Assembly: GCA_045545475.1 (NCBI GenBank)
Contig: JAZQAZ010000030.1
Coordinates: 32,001-96,000, forward strand
Direction: 5' to 3'
Length of the DNA stretch: 64,000 nucleotides
Source of the DNA: Clostridia bacterium
Lineage (GTDB): Bacteria; Bacillota; Clostridia; CAKSNL01; HGM11501
Below, piece by piece: positions 10,158 through 20,373 of the stretch (the first letter of the stretch is position 1; each line of letters opens with the position of its first letter). Under the pieces are notes generated by a model. That model saw only the letters and a list, made by a program, of their open reading frames with translations. It was not told the DNA's origin and did no database searches. The position numbers were made by a program, and so were the translations under genes.

Positions 10158-10924
10158 AAATGACATCTAAAACAAAGGCATCATCTCATTCATCTAAATC
10201 ACTTGTCCCTAATTGTGATTTTTTGACAAACGAATCGTACAAAGCAATAAGAACAAACATTTTACATTTATTAAAAGACTTCGAATCCAAAATTATTTTA
10301 ATAACTAGTCCTTATGCAAGTGCCGGCAAAACAACCTCAACAGCAAATCTTGCCATAACTTTTTCACAACTTGGGCAAAAAGTGCTTGTTGTTGATGCTG
10401 ATATGCGTAAATCCGCATTACACAGATTGTTCTCTATGTCTTCAACTCCCGGTCTTTCAAATGTACTTACCGGAACAAATCATACCGAGGTTATAAAAAA
10501 GACTCCATATGACAATCTTTATCTTCTTCCCGCAGGAGCCGTTCCTCAGAATCCATCTGAACTTTTACACTCCGAAAGATTTTCTGAGTTGCTTAAAACA
10601 CTTTCATCAGAATATGATTGTATTTTCATAGATACCCCCCCCGTTGATGCTGTAACCGATGCAGTTATAATAAGCCAGCAAACTACCGGCACATTACTTG
10701 TCATCAGACAGAACTCAACAGAAAAAGACGCTTTAATACGTACTGTAAACACATTAAACAATGTAAAAGCCAATATTTTAGGATATATATTGAACGCTGT
10801 TGACTACGATAAATTTTCTTACAGGTACGGTCACTATTACGGAAGATACGGAGGCAAATACTCCTCCAAGTATTATAGTTATTCAACAGATAATACAGAA
10901 AGAAATACTCACGAAGAAGAATAA
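10154..10924 (+). CDS. CpsD/CapB-family bacterial tyrosine kinase
   Basis: ESYKAIRTN, Walker A AGKTT, VVDADMR, IDTPP and a C-terminal Tyr cluster. Confidence 0.9.
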   Translation: MKMTSKTKASSHSSKSLVPNCDFLTNESYKAIRTNILHLLKDFESKIILITSPYASAGKTTSTANLAITFSQLGQKVLVVDADMRKSALHRLFSMSSTPGLSNVLTGTNHTEVIKKTPYDNLYLLPAGAVPQNPSELLHSERFSELLKTLSSEYDCIFIDTPPVDAVTDAVIISQQTTGTLLVIRQNSTEKDALIRTVNTLNNVKANILGYILNAVDYDKFSYRYGHYYGRYGGKYSSKYYSYSTDNTERNTHEEE

Positions 10925-10926
10925 AC

Positions 10927-10959
10927 AAAAAGGCTTCAGCCAACGGCTGAAGCCTTTTT
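10927..10959. terminator. Bidirectional intrinsic terminator
   Basis: AAAAAGGCTTCAGCC-aac-GGCTGAAGCCTTTTT. Confidence 0.85.
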
Positions 10960-10960
10960 A

Positions 10961-13057
10961 TCATATTCTGAAAAGCAAATCACAGTATGTGGGATAGGGC
11001 CAGATATTTTCCGACACATTTGCCTCAATTTCATCTGCAACGCATCTTAATTCTTCCATAGGCAGTACAACTTTTTCTCTGTAAGCTGTAGCCTTTTTTG
11101 AAATATCTCCATCCATACTTCTTACTTTTTCCACTGCATATTCCAGTAAAGCAACCTTTTCATACAGTTCGTCAGTCAAAGCCGAAAGTTTCTTTACAAG
11201 ACCAATTTCCGTTTTGCAGGAAAGTCCCGCCACAAGTTTCCTCTTTTCGAGAGCCCCTTCTGAAAGCTTAGCTGTATATTTCGTAACCGCAGGAAGCACT
11301 TCCTTTCTTATCATATCAATCATGGTAAGAGCTTCAATATTTACGGTTTTGCAGTAATTTTCAAGAATAATTTCACATCTAGAAGTAATTTCTCTTTCAG
11401 TGTAAATGTTGTGCTTTGTAAAAAGTGCAACATTTTTTTCATCTGTAAAATGAGGAATTGCTTCCGGCGTTGAAGGATAGTTGCTGAGGCCCCTTTTCTT
11501 TGCTTCTTCCTTCCACTCTTTAGAATAATTATTGCCGTTAAATATTATTCTTCTGTGTTCTCTGTATGTACGGCGGATTATTCTTCTTACCGCTCTTCCG
11601 AAATCGTCATCCTCGCTATTTTCAAGTTCATCCGCAAACTGCTCCAGTTCCTCTGCCACAATCGTATTGAGTATTGTGTTCGGGCCGGCAATGGAAAAAG
11701 ATGAGCCCGGCATTCTGAATTCAAATTTATTACCCGTAAAAGCAAAGGGGCTCGTTCTGTTTCTGTCTGTTGTATCCTTCTGAAAGGTAGGAAGTACATG
11801 AACGCCAACTTCCATATTCTTTTTAGCTTCTTCGCCGTATTCGGCGTGCTTTTCGATGGATTCAAGTATTCCCAAGAGCTGATCTCCAAGGAACATGGAA
11901 ACTATGGCAGGAGGTGCTTCTGCCGCACCGAGACGGTGGTCGTTACCTGCACTTGCCACGGTTATACGAAGAAGATCCTGATATTCGTCAACAGCCTTTA
12001 TTACCGCACTTAAAATAAGTAAAAATCTAAGGTTAGTCTGCGGAAGCTTTCCAGGTTCAAGCAGGTTTATTCCGGTATCTGTGGATATTGACCAGTTATT
12101 ATGCTTACCGCTTCCGTTTACGCCAAGAAAAGGCTTTTCGTGAAGAAGGCAAACCAGATTGTGTTTCGCCGCAGTCTTCTTCATTACCTCCATGGTAAGC
12201 TGATTGTGATCCGTCGCAAGGTTAACATCGGAATAGATTGGTGCAAGCTCATGCTGTGCAGGTGCTGCTTCGTTGTGTTTTGTTTTGGCAAGCACACCAA
12301 GCTTCCAGAGCTCTTCATCAAGTTCCTTCATGAAGGATGCAACCCTCGGCTTTATTGCTCCGAAATAATGGTCATCCATTTCCTGCCCCTTGGGGGGCTT
12401 AGCTCCCAGTATTGTACGACCGGTATACATTAAATCCTTACGCTTTTCGTAAAGATCCTTATCTATAAGAAAATATTCCTGTTCGGGGCCTACAGTTACC
12501 CTTACGTTTTTCGCTGTATCATCTCCAAAGAGGCGAACAATTCTCATTGCCTGTTTGTTTATTTCTTCGACCGAACGAAGAAGTGGGGTTTTTTTATCAA
12601 GAGCCTCTCCGCCGTAGGAATAAAAGGCCGTAGGAATACAAAGAGTGTTATCCTTTATAAACGCATAAGACGTGGGATCCCACGAGGTATATCCCCTTGC
12701 TTCAAAGGTTGCTCTAATTCCGCCGGAGGGAAAGCTAGATGCATCAGGCTCACCCTTTATAAGCTCCTTGCCTGAAAACTCCATGATAATTTCACCCGGG
12801 CCTGCAGGCGTTATAAAACTGTCGTGCTTTTCCGCAGTAACGCCGGTCATAGGCTGAAACCAGTGGGTGTAGTGAGTGGCCCCTTTTTCAATTGCCCAAT
12901 CCTTCATGGCACTTGCCACAACGCTTGCAATATCCAAAGTAAGGCCTTCTCCGTCTTCGATGGACTTTTTAAGTTTTACATATGTCTCCTCCGGGAGCCT
13001 TTCTTTCATAACTCTGTCATTGAAAACCAGACTTCCGAAAATTTCAGGAATGTTCAT
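10961..13057 (-). CDS. glnA: Glutamine synthetase type III
   Basis: GATHYTHWFQP, EPDASSFPSGG, GVNGSGKHNNWS and DRNRTSPFAFTGNKFEFR; about 700 aa. Confidence 0.95.
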   Translation of the reverse strand: MNIPEIFGSLVFNDRVMKERLPEETYVKLKKSIEDGEGLTLDIASVVASAMKDWAIEKGATHYTHWFQPMTGVTAEKHDSFITPAGPGEIIMEFSGKELIKGEPDASSFPSGGIRATFEARGYTSWDPTSYAFIKDNTLCIPTAFYSYGGEALDKKTPLLRSVEEINKQAMRIVRLFGDDTAKNVRVTVGPEQEYFLIDKDLYEKRKDLMYTGRTILGAKPPKGQEMDDHYFGAIKPRVASFMKELDEELWKLGVLAKTKHNEAAPAQHELAPIYSDVNLATDHNQLTMEVMKKTAAKHNLVCLLHEKPFLGVNGSGKHNNWSISTDTGINLLEPGKLPQTNLRFLLILSAVIKAVDEYQDLLRITVASAGNDHRLGAAEAPPAIVSMFLGDQLLGILESIEKHAEYGEEAKKNMEVGVHVLPTFQKDTTDRNRTSPFAFTGNKFEFRMPGSSFSIAGPNTILNTIVAEELEQFADELENSEDDDFGRAVRRIIRRTYREHRRIIFNGNNYSKEWKEEAKKRGLSNYPSTPEAIPHFTDEKNVALFTKHNIYTEREITSRCEIILENYCKTVNIEALTMIDMIRKEVLPAVTKYTAKLSEGALEKRKLVAGLSCKTEIGLVKKLSALTDELYEKVALLEYAVEKVRSMDGDISKKATAYREKVVLPMEELRCVADEIEANVSENIWPYPTYCDLLFRI

Positions 13058-13080
13058 CAAACCAATCCTTCCTATAGGTC

Positions 13081-13551
13081 TTATTCGTTTATATCGGGTT
13101 TGTTGCGTATCAACGCTTCCAGCTCGTCGATAAACGAGCTCACGTCCTGGAATCTTCTGTATACTGACGCAAAGCGTACATAGGCAATGTCATTAATGTC
13201 TTTTAGCTTTTCCATAACCATTTCACCAATCTGTCTTGATGTAATTTCCTTGGTCATGGAATTGTAAATTTCAACCTCAATATCTTCAGCAATTTTCTCT
13301 GCTTCTTTTACCGATACCTCAGTTTTATCGCAGGCACGAAGGATTCCTGTAAGTATTTTCTCGCGGGAGAAAAGCTCTCTCTTTCCGCCATTTTTAACCA
13401 CCATTACAGGAACGTGCTCAACCTTCTCATAGGTAGTAAAACGTCTGTCGCAGGAAAGGCACACTCTTCTTCGCCTTACCGTTGTATTTTCGTCTGTATC
13501 ACGGGTGTCAAGAACTTTTGTTTCTTCATATCCGCAAAAAGGACAAATCAT
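13081..13551 (-). CDS. nrdR: Transcriptional repressor NrdR
   Basis: CPFC...RRRRVC..C..RFTTYE zinc ribbon, ATP cone and AYVRFASVY. Confidence 0.95.
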   Translation of the reverse strand: MICPFCGYEETKVLDTRDTDENTTVRRRRVCLSCDRRFTTYEKVEHVPVMVVKNGGKRELFSREKILTGILRACDKTEVSVKEAEKIAEDIEVEIYNSMTKEITSRQIGEMVMEKLKDINDIAYVRFASVYRRFQDVSSFIDELEALIRNKPDINE

Positions 13552-13570
13552 TTTTTCTTCCTCCGTTATT

Positions 13571-14005
13571 TTATTTCTCGAAACTTGAAATTATGTCTAT
13601 TCTTCCCTGATGTCTTCCTCCCTGAAATTCTGCCGAAAGCCATGAATCAACAATATCAGCCGCAAGTTCTGTTCCTGTTACTCTGCCTCCTAGTGCAATT
13701 ATATTTGCATTGTTATGCTCCTTTGTGAGTCTTGCAGAGAAGGAATCACGGACAAGTGCACATCTTATTCCGTCAAACTTGTTTGCCGCAATGGATATGC
13801 CGATTCCGGTTCCGCAGCAAAGAATTCCGCCTTCGGCCTCGCCTGACTGAACCGCTTTTGCTACCTTTTCAGCATAAACAGGATAATCAACGCTGTCTTC
13901 GGAATACGTTCCGAAGTCCTTAACCTCTATTCCTTTTTTTTCAAGATGCTTCTTCAAAAATTCCTTGAGCTGGTATCCGCCGTGGTCACAACCTAATGCT
14001 AACAT
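13571..14005 (-). CDS. rpiB: Ribose 5-phosphate isomerase B
   Basis: GCDHGG, CGTGIGISIAANK, HNNANI and GGRHQ-x-R. Confidence 0.95.
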   Translation of the reverse strand: MLALGCDHGGYQLKEFLKKHLEKKGIEVKDFGTYSEDSVDYPVYAEKVAKAVQSGEAEGGILCCGTGIGISIAANKFDGIRCALVRDSFSARLTKEHNNANIIALGGRVTGTELAADIVDSWLSAEFQGGRHQGRIDIISSFEK

Positions 14006-14700
14006 TAAAATCCATCCTTTCCGTTATTTCTTTCGTTATATTCTCTCTCTGCCTGAGAGAGTCTTAAGTAGCAGGGATTTAATTCATCGGGATTTACCCC
14101 TGCTTCATTTTGTGCAAGATAAGTAAGAGTTGATGCCTTTGCCGCACAAAGTTGGGGCGGTGCAAAAAATGCAAGATTGCCGAGTTTTTCGGTGAAAAAC
14201 TCACGGAAGGGTTTTACCCCGTCACCTATGAAAATAACGCTTTCCTTTATCTCTTCTGCCAGTTCTTCCGCAGATATGGCACGGGGAGCTTTAATTTCCT
14301 TGAGTTTCCCGTCTTCCCATTTATACATTGCATTATATACCTGATTACGCCTTGCATCCATTATCGGACAGATGATTTTATCCGCAAAAGGCAAATTTCC
14401 CGCAAGTGCTTTTAAGGTTGAAATGCCGCATACCTTTTTTCCGCATCCGTAAGCCAGGGTTTTTGCAACCGTAACACCTATCCTAAGTCCCGAAAATGAA
14501 CCGGGGCCCTCTGTCACAGCAAAAAGGTCAATATCTGAAATGGTAAGTCCTGCCTTTTTAAGGGCACTTTCTGCCATGGGCAAAAGCGTTACGGAATGTG
14601 TAAGACCGTTTTGCGAAAATTCTTCCGCCTTAAGTACGCCGTCGGACATAACTGCGGCACTTGCCGCCACAGCCGAGGATTCTATTGCCAGTATATTCAA
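14005..14700 (-). CDS. tsaB: tRNA threonylcarbamoyladenosine biosynthesis protein TsaB
   Basis: ILAIESS, GPGSFSGLRIG, DARRNQVY and P-x-YLRLSQAE. Confidence 0.95.
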   Translation of the reverse strand: MNILAIESSAVAASAAVMSDGVLKAEEFSQNGLTHSVTLLPMAESALKKAGLTISDIDLFAVTEGPGSFSGLRIGVTVAKTLAYGCGKKVCGISTLKALAGNLPFADKIICPIMDARRNQVYNAMYKWEDGKLKEIKAPRAISAEELAEEIKESVIFIGDGVKPFREFFTEKLGNLAFFAPPQLCAAKASTLTYLAQNEAGVNPDELNPCYLRLSQAEREYNERNNGKDGF

Positions 14701-15122
14701 ACTTCCTTCACCTCAATTATACGGGTATTATCGTCTTCCCCATAGGTTATATGTATTTCAATCGCATCAGACGGCATCAGGTCAAGAAAGGCGTCGGGCC
14801 ATTCAATAACTCTTACCGTATTATCAGAAAAATACTCCTCAAAGCCAATGTCAAAAAGTTCTTCTTCGCTTTCTATTCTGTATAGGTCAAAATGATATAT
14901 CTTTTTATCTCCCGAATATTCATGAACTAAAGTAAACGTAGGACTTGATACTCGTGCGGATGCCCCGTATCCCCTTGCAAGGCCTCTTGTAAAAGCAGTT
15001 TTCCCTGCACCTAAATTACCGAAAAGCAAGAATGTAGGATTATTTTCATATTTCTTTGCCAGTTCACAGGCAAAGTTTTCCGTTTCTGTTTCGCTTTTTG
15101 AAATAAAATACATTTTCATCAT
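14697..15122 (-). CDS. tsaE: tRNA threonylcarbamoyladenosine ATPase TsaE
   Basis: GNLGAGKT, VSSPTFTLV, HFDLYR and IEW. Confidence 0.95.
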   Translation of the reverse strand: MMKMYFISKSETETENFACELAKKYENNPTFLLFGNLGAGKTAFTRGLARGYGASARVSSPTFTLVHEYSGDKKIYHFDLYRIESEEELFDIGFEEYFSDNTVRVIEWPDAFLDLMPSDAIEIHITYGEDDNTRIIEVKEV

Positions 15123-15222
15123 CCTAAAATTATAGCTAATTTATCATATTATATCACAAGAAGTAAAGCTTTTCAATAGAAGATATGAAAAAAATCGCCT
15201 GCAGAGCAAGCGATTTTTTTCA

Positions 15223-15933
15223 CTAATTCATAAATTTTTCAAGCTTTTCCTTTGCCTTTTTTTCAATACGGGATACCTGCACCTGACTTATTCCCATAAA
15301 GTCGGCAATGGTGCTTTGCGTCATACTTCTGAAATAACGCATCAGTATAACGCTCCTTTCTTTTTTTGAAAGAGATGAAAGTCCCTCACTTATTGCCATT
15401 TTAAGAAGTGCTTCATCTTCGGGAGAGCCTTTGTCAGACAGCTTATCCAAAAGCATTTCCCCGCTTTCGGAGTCAGTTTCCTCATATATGCTTTTAACTC
15501 CGCTTGATGCTTCAAGAGCCAAAATAAGTCTGTCCTCTTCCACCGAAAGCCGTCTTGAAAGTTCCTTTATTGTAGGACTTTTTTCGTTTTCCGCCTCCAT
15601 TTTTGCTTTTTCCGCCATTGCACGAGCCCCCAGTTCTTTAAGTCCCCGACTGACCTTTATGGGGCCGTCATCTCTCAAAAACTTTCTGATTTCTCCCATA
15701 ATAAGCGGAACGGCATAAGTAGAAAAGCGAACATCATAGCTGTCGGAAAAACGGTCCACCGCTTTAATAAGCCCCACAGCTCCTATCTGGCATAAATCTT
15801 CAAACTCGTAACCACGCCCGAGAAACCTGGAAGCTATGCTATGTACAAGACCCATGTTATCGCAAATAAGCTTATCCCTGGCCTCCGAATCTCCCTCGCT
15901 TTTAAGCCTTAATAGTCTTTCGTTTTCTGTCAT
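15223..15933 (-). CDS. sigF: Sporulation sigma factor SigF
   Basis: EDLCQIGAVGLIKAVDRF, FSTYAVP, DDGPIKVSR and SQVQVSRIEK; third gene of the spoIIA operon. Confidence 0.9.
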   Translation of the reverse strand: MTENERLLRLKSEGDSEARDKLICDNMGLVHSIASRFLGRGYEFEDLCQIGAVGLIKAVDRFSDSYDVRFSTYAVPLIMGEIRKFLRDDGPIKVSRGLKELGARAMAEKAKMEAENEKSPTIKELSRRLSVEEDRLILALEASSGVKSIYEETDSESGEMLLDKLSDKGSPEDEALLKMAISEGLSSLSKKERSVILMRYFRSMTQSTIADFMGISQVQVSRIEKKAKEKLEKFMN

Positions 15934-16352
15934 AGCTTTTTAATCATAACCACCTTCGTGCCTTCCATAGGCTTTGAGTAAACCTCCACTGAATCCATGA
16001 AATTTTCCATTACGGTAAAACCCATTCCGCTTCGTTCGTGTTCCGGTTTTGTGGTAAAAAGCGGCGTTCTCGCCATGGCAATATCCGATATTCCCCTGCC
16101 CTTGTCCTCCACCGTTACCGTAACGATTTTTTCTTTCCAGCCGCATGTCAATGTAACATATCCCGTTACTCCCTCATAGCCGTGAACTATAGCATTTGTC
16201 ACTGCCTCCGATACTGCGGTTTTTATTTCCGCCACGGCGTCAATGGTGGGATCAAGCTGAGAAATAAAAGCAGAAACCGCCATTCTGGCAAACCCCTCGT
16301 TTGCCGATTTACTTAAAAAATCAATTCTCATAAAATTATCCAATTTCTTCAC
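15930..16352 (-). CDS. spoIIAB: Anti-sigma F factor SpoIIAB
   Basis: NEGFAR, KTAVSEAVTNAIVHGY and ERSGMGFTVMENFMD. Confidence 0.95.
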   Translation of the reverse strand: MKKLDNFMRIDFLSKSANEGFARMAVSAFISQLDPTIDAVAEIKTAVSEAVTNAIVHGYEGVTGYVTLTCGWKEKIVTVTVEDKGRGISDIAMARTPLFTTKPEHERSGMGFTVMENFMDSVEVYSKPMEGTKVVMIKKL

Positions 16353-16686
16353 CTCTTATCTTAAGTATCGCATCCTCCACATTCTGATAAATGGGAATTA
16401 TTCTGTCAACCGACGCCATGCGAAGAATTTTCTCCACGCAGGATTTTGCCCCTGCCACCGATGCCGTACCGCCCAGAGCCGTAACATTTTTATATCGTCC
16501 GATAATTATTCCTATACCGGAGCTGTCCATAAAATCCAGCCTTGACAAATCGAAGATAAGATTGTTTGCCCCGTCCATTATCTTTTTGTCAAGATTAATC
16601 CTTAAATTTACCGCACTGTGCTGATCCAATTCTCCAGCCAGATGAACTATCAGTGCACCCTTGGTTTCCGTATAAGTGTCTTTCAA
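16336..16686 (-). CDS. spoIIAA: Anti-sigma F factor antagonist SpoIIAA
   Basis: STAS domain, GELDQH and FMDSSGIG. Probable TTG start at 16686. Confidence 0.92.
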   Translation of the reverse strand: MKDTYTETKGALIVHLAGELDQHSAVNLRINLDKKIMDGANNLIFDLSRLDFMDSSGIGIIIGRYKNVTALGGTASVAGAKSCVEKILRMASVDRIIPIYQNVEDAILKIRGEEIG

Positions 16687-16834
16687 AAAAATCATCCTTT
16701 CTTTTGTATTGCACCTACCAAATTCTTCCTTATCTTTCTATTCCCTTTGACATGCTTTGTCGAAAAATCAGAACCGTTTTACATAAAAACAAAAAAGACG
16801 GAAAGCTTTACGCTTTCCGCCTTTTTTCACCAAT

Positions 16835-19800
16835 TTATCTCTTTATTTTCAATGTGACGATTTCAAAGTTTGAAACGGGAACTTTAACGCTTCTTCCGGA
16901 TATTTCAAGCTTTGTTTCTTCATTTTCCATAAGGTCTGTTATATATACTTCCTTTACGTCAAAACCGAAGGTAATATTAGCCTTTGTTTCCATGTTGTAA
17001 GCATCATAAAGTCTTACGATTAAATCGTCCGAGTCTTCTGCCTTCTTTACGGTTTCAATAATTACATTCTTTTTATCAGAGGAAACGAGGGAATATTCAT
17101 CTCCCATTTCGCCCGCATGAGCTTTCGTTTCAACAAAGAGAAGAGGATTATTAAGCTTATATGCCTCCTCGATTGTTCCGCCCTCACGGAATGAACCTTC
17201 GTGAGGATAGATTGAATAGGTAAACTTATGCTCGCCGATGTCTGCCTTGGGATCAGGGAAAGTCGGAGCTTTAAGAAGCGTAAGACCGATATCGCTTCCC
17301 TCTGCGTAGTATCCGTACTTACAGTCGTTAAGTAAGCTTACTCCATAGCCTGCATCGGAAACATCCACCCACTTATGACCCATAACCTCGAATTTTGAAT
17401 AATCCCAGGATGTATTAGAGTGAGTCGCTCTTTCCACGTGACCGAACTGAATTTCATAGGTTGCCTTGTCTGCCTTTACGTTCATGGGGAAGTAAACTCT
17501 TAAGAGATTGTGGTCCTCATTCCAGGAAACTTCGGTTTCAAAATCAACCCTTGCAACATCATCGTAAAGAACGATTTTCTGTCTGATTTCACTCTTTTCA
17601 AGGGTACGCTTTACGATAAAGCCTGCACTCACTTCGTCACAGAAGGGTTCAATTTCTGCAGGAACGGTGATTTCATACTTCTTGTAAAGAGATTGCTTGT
17701 CAATATTCCACGCATCGTGAATGGGAGATCTGTCCTCATGATAGCAGAACACATTGCCCTTTTCACCGGAACGGAAAATTTCCTTATCCGCTCTCTTATC
17801 ATAAAGACTTTCAATGTTACCGCAATCATCCAGCTTAAGAACGAAGTAGCGGTTTTCCGCAGTTTTGCCGGATACCATAACTTCCGTCTTCTTAGCTTCG
17901 GGAACTAATGCCTTAAATCCGAATGCGGGAATATTTTTAACGTGGCATTTTTCGCCGTTGTATGTAACAAAGCCGTCCGATTCAAATCCGTTGGGGTTGT
18001 ATACAACAAGTCCGTCCTTTGTTTCCATTTTATCAGCTATAGCGGAAAGCTTTGCCTTTTCGATTTCGCTTCCGCAGGATAAAATCTCTTCGTACATCTT
18101 ATCCGTATCGTCGTAAACCTCTCTTATGGAGCTTCCGGGAATTACATCGTGGAACTGATTTAAGAGCACTCCCTCCCAGAATTCGTCAATTTTCTCCTTA
18201 GGATAGCTTCCGCCCATAATCATATCAAGAGAAGACAACGCTTCAAGTCTCTGAAGCAGAAATTCGCTTCTTCTGTTGTAGAGCTTGTTCTTCGCCTGAG
18301 TTGTATATGTACCTCTGTGGTTTTCAAGATAAAGCTCACCCACCCACCTGGGAACTTCGGGAAGAGCTTTGGTGCTTTCGATAAAGTTTTTCTTTACTGT
18401 TTCTATAAACTCCGTAGGATTTTGCATTTCGGTCTTGGGAATTCCGGGGATTCCCTTTTCAATTCTTCTGCTCTGCTCCAGCATTTCACGGGTGGGGCCG
18501 CCACCGCCGTCACCGTAACCGAAGGTAATCATAACGGTATCGTTCAAGTCCTTCTGCTGATAACGCTCCCAGGTGCCTAAAACCATGGAAGGAGTCACTC
18601 TTCCCACATAGGTGGTGTAAAACTGAGAGGAGCCGTGATCCTGTGCGGTTATGAAATAGGTGAACATTTCGCTGCCGTCAATACCCTTCCACCAGAAGGT
18701 ATCAAAGGGCATTTTATTGTCCTCGTTCCAGCTTATTTTCGAGGTTACAAAGCTTGTAACACCGGCCTTTTTAAGAATCTGAGGCATCGCTGCGCTGTAG
18801 CCGAATACGTCGGGAAGCCAGAGGATTTTATGGTCAACGCCGAATTCATCCTTAAAGAATTTCTTGCCCGTTGTAACCTGGCGTATCATACTTTCGCCGC
18901 CTATTAAGTTACAGTCAGCTTCAACCCACATTGCACCTTCGCTTTCCCAGCGACCTTCTTTAATTGCCTGTTTAACACGCTCGTAGGTATGAGGGTCTTC
19001 TTCCTTAAGATATTTATAAAGCTGAGCCTGGCTTGACATAAACTTGAATTCGGGATACTGATTCATCAGCGAAAGAACGTTTGCAAAGCTTCGCTGTGTT
19101 TTTTCTCTGGTCTGTGCATAGGTCCACTGCCACGCAACGTCGATATGGGTGTGACCGATTAACGCAACCTTTTCACAAAGCGTGTTGTCATCACCGCAAG
19201 CCTTTCCGTAAAACTCTGTCTCCAAAAATTCGTCTGCTTTTCTTATGCTGTCGTAAAACTCTTCGCTTCCGATATTACGCATATCGATCATGAGACACGC
19301 CTCTTCAAGATATTTCATGATGAGCATACTTCTGTCGCTGTCTTCTAAAAAACACTCTGACGCATCATAAGGCACGCTTAAGTCATAATAAAGCTTTTCA
19401 ATTAAAGTATCAAGATACTGAACTCCCGCATTGAAATCATAAGCCGGGCAGTCATTCATTCCTGTGTAGAAATAAATGTAAGCATCGTATTCCTTGGAAA
19501 ATTCCAGAGGATATTCGGTGTGGTTAATATCAAGGCCGGACACAAGATGTCCGTCAAGGTATAACATACCCTGGGGATTTAACGCATCCCAGGTGCCGAT
19601 ATTTGATGTTCTTACTCTTAAATAAGGCTTGTGATGAGGATATTTCTCCGCATCTTCCGTCTTAAATTTAAAGTGTACCCATGAATGGTTGTCCTTCCCT
19701 CCGGGAATTTTTCCCGAAAGCGGAACAAAGCGTTCATCTCCGTAAGGAATGTCCGAATTCTTTTTATATTCGCAAGGGAAATATTCAATATCACTGACAT

Positions 19801-19879
19801 AATTAACAATTCCCTGCATCCATGTTTTTACAAGCTTTATGGTTTGATAAACATTAATTTTATACTTGTTAAACAACAT
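16835..19879 (-). CDS. Alpha-mannosidase, glycoside hydrolase family 38
   Basis: GHTHIDVAWQW, WLPDVFGYS, ELYLENHRGTYT and NQFHDVIPGS. Confidence 0.93.
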   Translation of the reverse strand: MLFNKYKINVYQTIKLVKTWMQGIVNYVSDIEYFPCEYKKNSDIPYGDERFVPLSGKIPGGKDNHSWVHFKFKTEDAEKYPHHKPYLRVRTSNIGTWDALNPQGMLYLDGHLVSGLDINHTEYPLEFSKEYDAYIYFYTGMNDCPAYDFNAGVQYLDTLIEKLYYDLSVPYDASECFLEDSDRSMLIMKYLEEACLMIDMRNIGSEEFYDSIRKADEFLETEFYGKACGDDNTLCEKVALIGHTHIDVAWQWTYAQTREKTQRSFANVLSLMNQYPEFKFMSSQAQLYKYLKEEDPHTYERVKQAIKEGRWESEGAMWVEADCNLIGGESMIRQVTTGKKFFKDEFGVDHKILWLPDVFGYSAAMPQILKKAGVTSFVTSKISWNEDNKMPFDTFWWKGIDGSEMFTYFITAQDHGSSQFYTTYVGRVTPSMVLGTWERYQQKDLNDTVMITFGYGDGGGGPTREMLEQSRRIEKGIPGIPKTEMQNPTEFIETVKKNFIESTKALPEVPRWVGELYLENHRGTYTTQAKNKLYNRRSEFLLQRLEALSSLDMIMGGSYPKEKIDEFWEGVLLNQFHDVIPGSSIREVYDDTDKMYEEILSCGSEIEKAKLSAIADKMETKDGLVVYNPNGFESDGFVTYNGEKCHVKNIPAFGFKALVPEAKKTEVMVSGKTAENRYFVLKLDDCGNIESLYDKRADKEIFRSGEKGNVFCYHEDRSPIHDAWNIDKQSLYKKYEITVPAEIEPFCDEVSAGFIVKRTLEKSEIRQKIVLYDDVARVDFETEVSWNEDHNLLRVYFPMNVKADKATYEIQFGHVERATHSNTSWDYSKFEVMGHKWVDVSDAGYGVSLLNDCKYGYYAEGSDIGLTLLKAPTFPDPKADIGEHKFTYSIYPHEGSFREGGTIEEAYKLNNPLLFVETKAHAGEMGDEYSLVSSDKKNVIIETVKKAEDSDDLIVRLYDAYNMETKANITFGFDVKEVYITDLMENEETKLEISGRSVKVPVSNFEIVTLKIKR

Positions 19880-19896
19880 ATAATCACCTCTTTTTT

Positions 19897-19958
19897 AGTA
19901 TACTAAAAAAAAATATATAAGTCAATATATTGACTTATATATTTATGTGTGATATTAT
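19897..19958. promoter_or_regulatory. Back-to-back sigmaA promoters sharing a perfect 34-bp palindrome
   Basis: Plus strand: TTGACT (19930)-17-TATTAT. Minus strand: TTGACT (19925)-17-TATACT. Palindrome at 19911-19944. Confidence 0.65.
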
Positions 19959-20014
19959 AATAATAAAGATTAGTTAACATGTTAATTAATTTATATCGAT
20001 AAGGAGGTCTTTTT

Positions 20015-20287
20015 ATGTGGAAATGCCCTAATTGCGGTCAGAAAAACAGAATTGATACCTGCACAAAATGCGGTACGGAAAAAGCAGCAGAGTCGAAAGG
20101 CTCAATTTCTTCATTAAATTTCATTCTTATGGCAATTTTATCCCTTGCCATCATCATCGGCATTTTCTTTGCCGCAGACAGCCTGATAGATTTCAAGAAA
20201 AGACAGCAGTCTTATAACGCTCAGCAGGAAGAAGAAGAATATACCGAGCCTGATGTAGCTCCCATAATTGAACAGACAGCAGAATAA
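20015..20287 (+). CDS. Small zinc-ribbon (RanBP2-like) membrane protein
   Basis: WKCPNCGQKN...CTKCG, then one TM segment and an acidic tail. RBS AAGGAGG. Confidence 0.7.
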   Translation: MWKCPNCGQKNRIDTCTKCGTEKAAESKGSISSLNFILMAILSLAIIIGIFFAADSLIDFKKRQQSYNAQQEEEEYTEPDVAPIIEQTAE

Positions 20288-20373
20288 AAGCAGAAAAGTT
20301 TTAAAAGAGACACATGTATGTCCTCCTTGCAATGTATAATGGCCTTAAACCAATACATTGAAGGAGGATTTTT

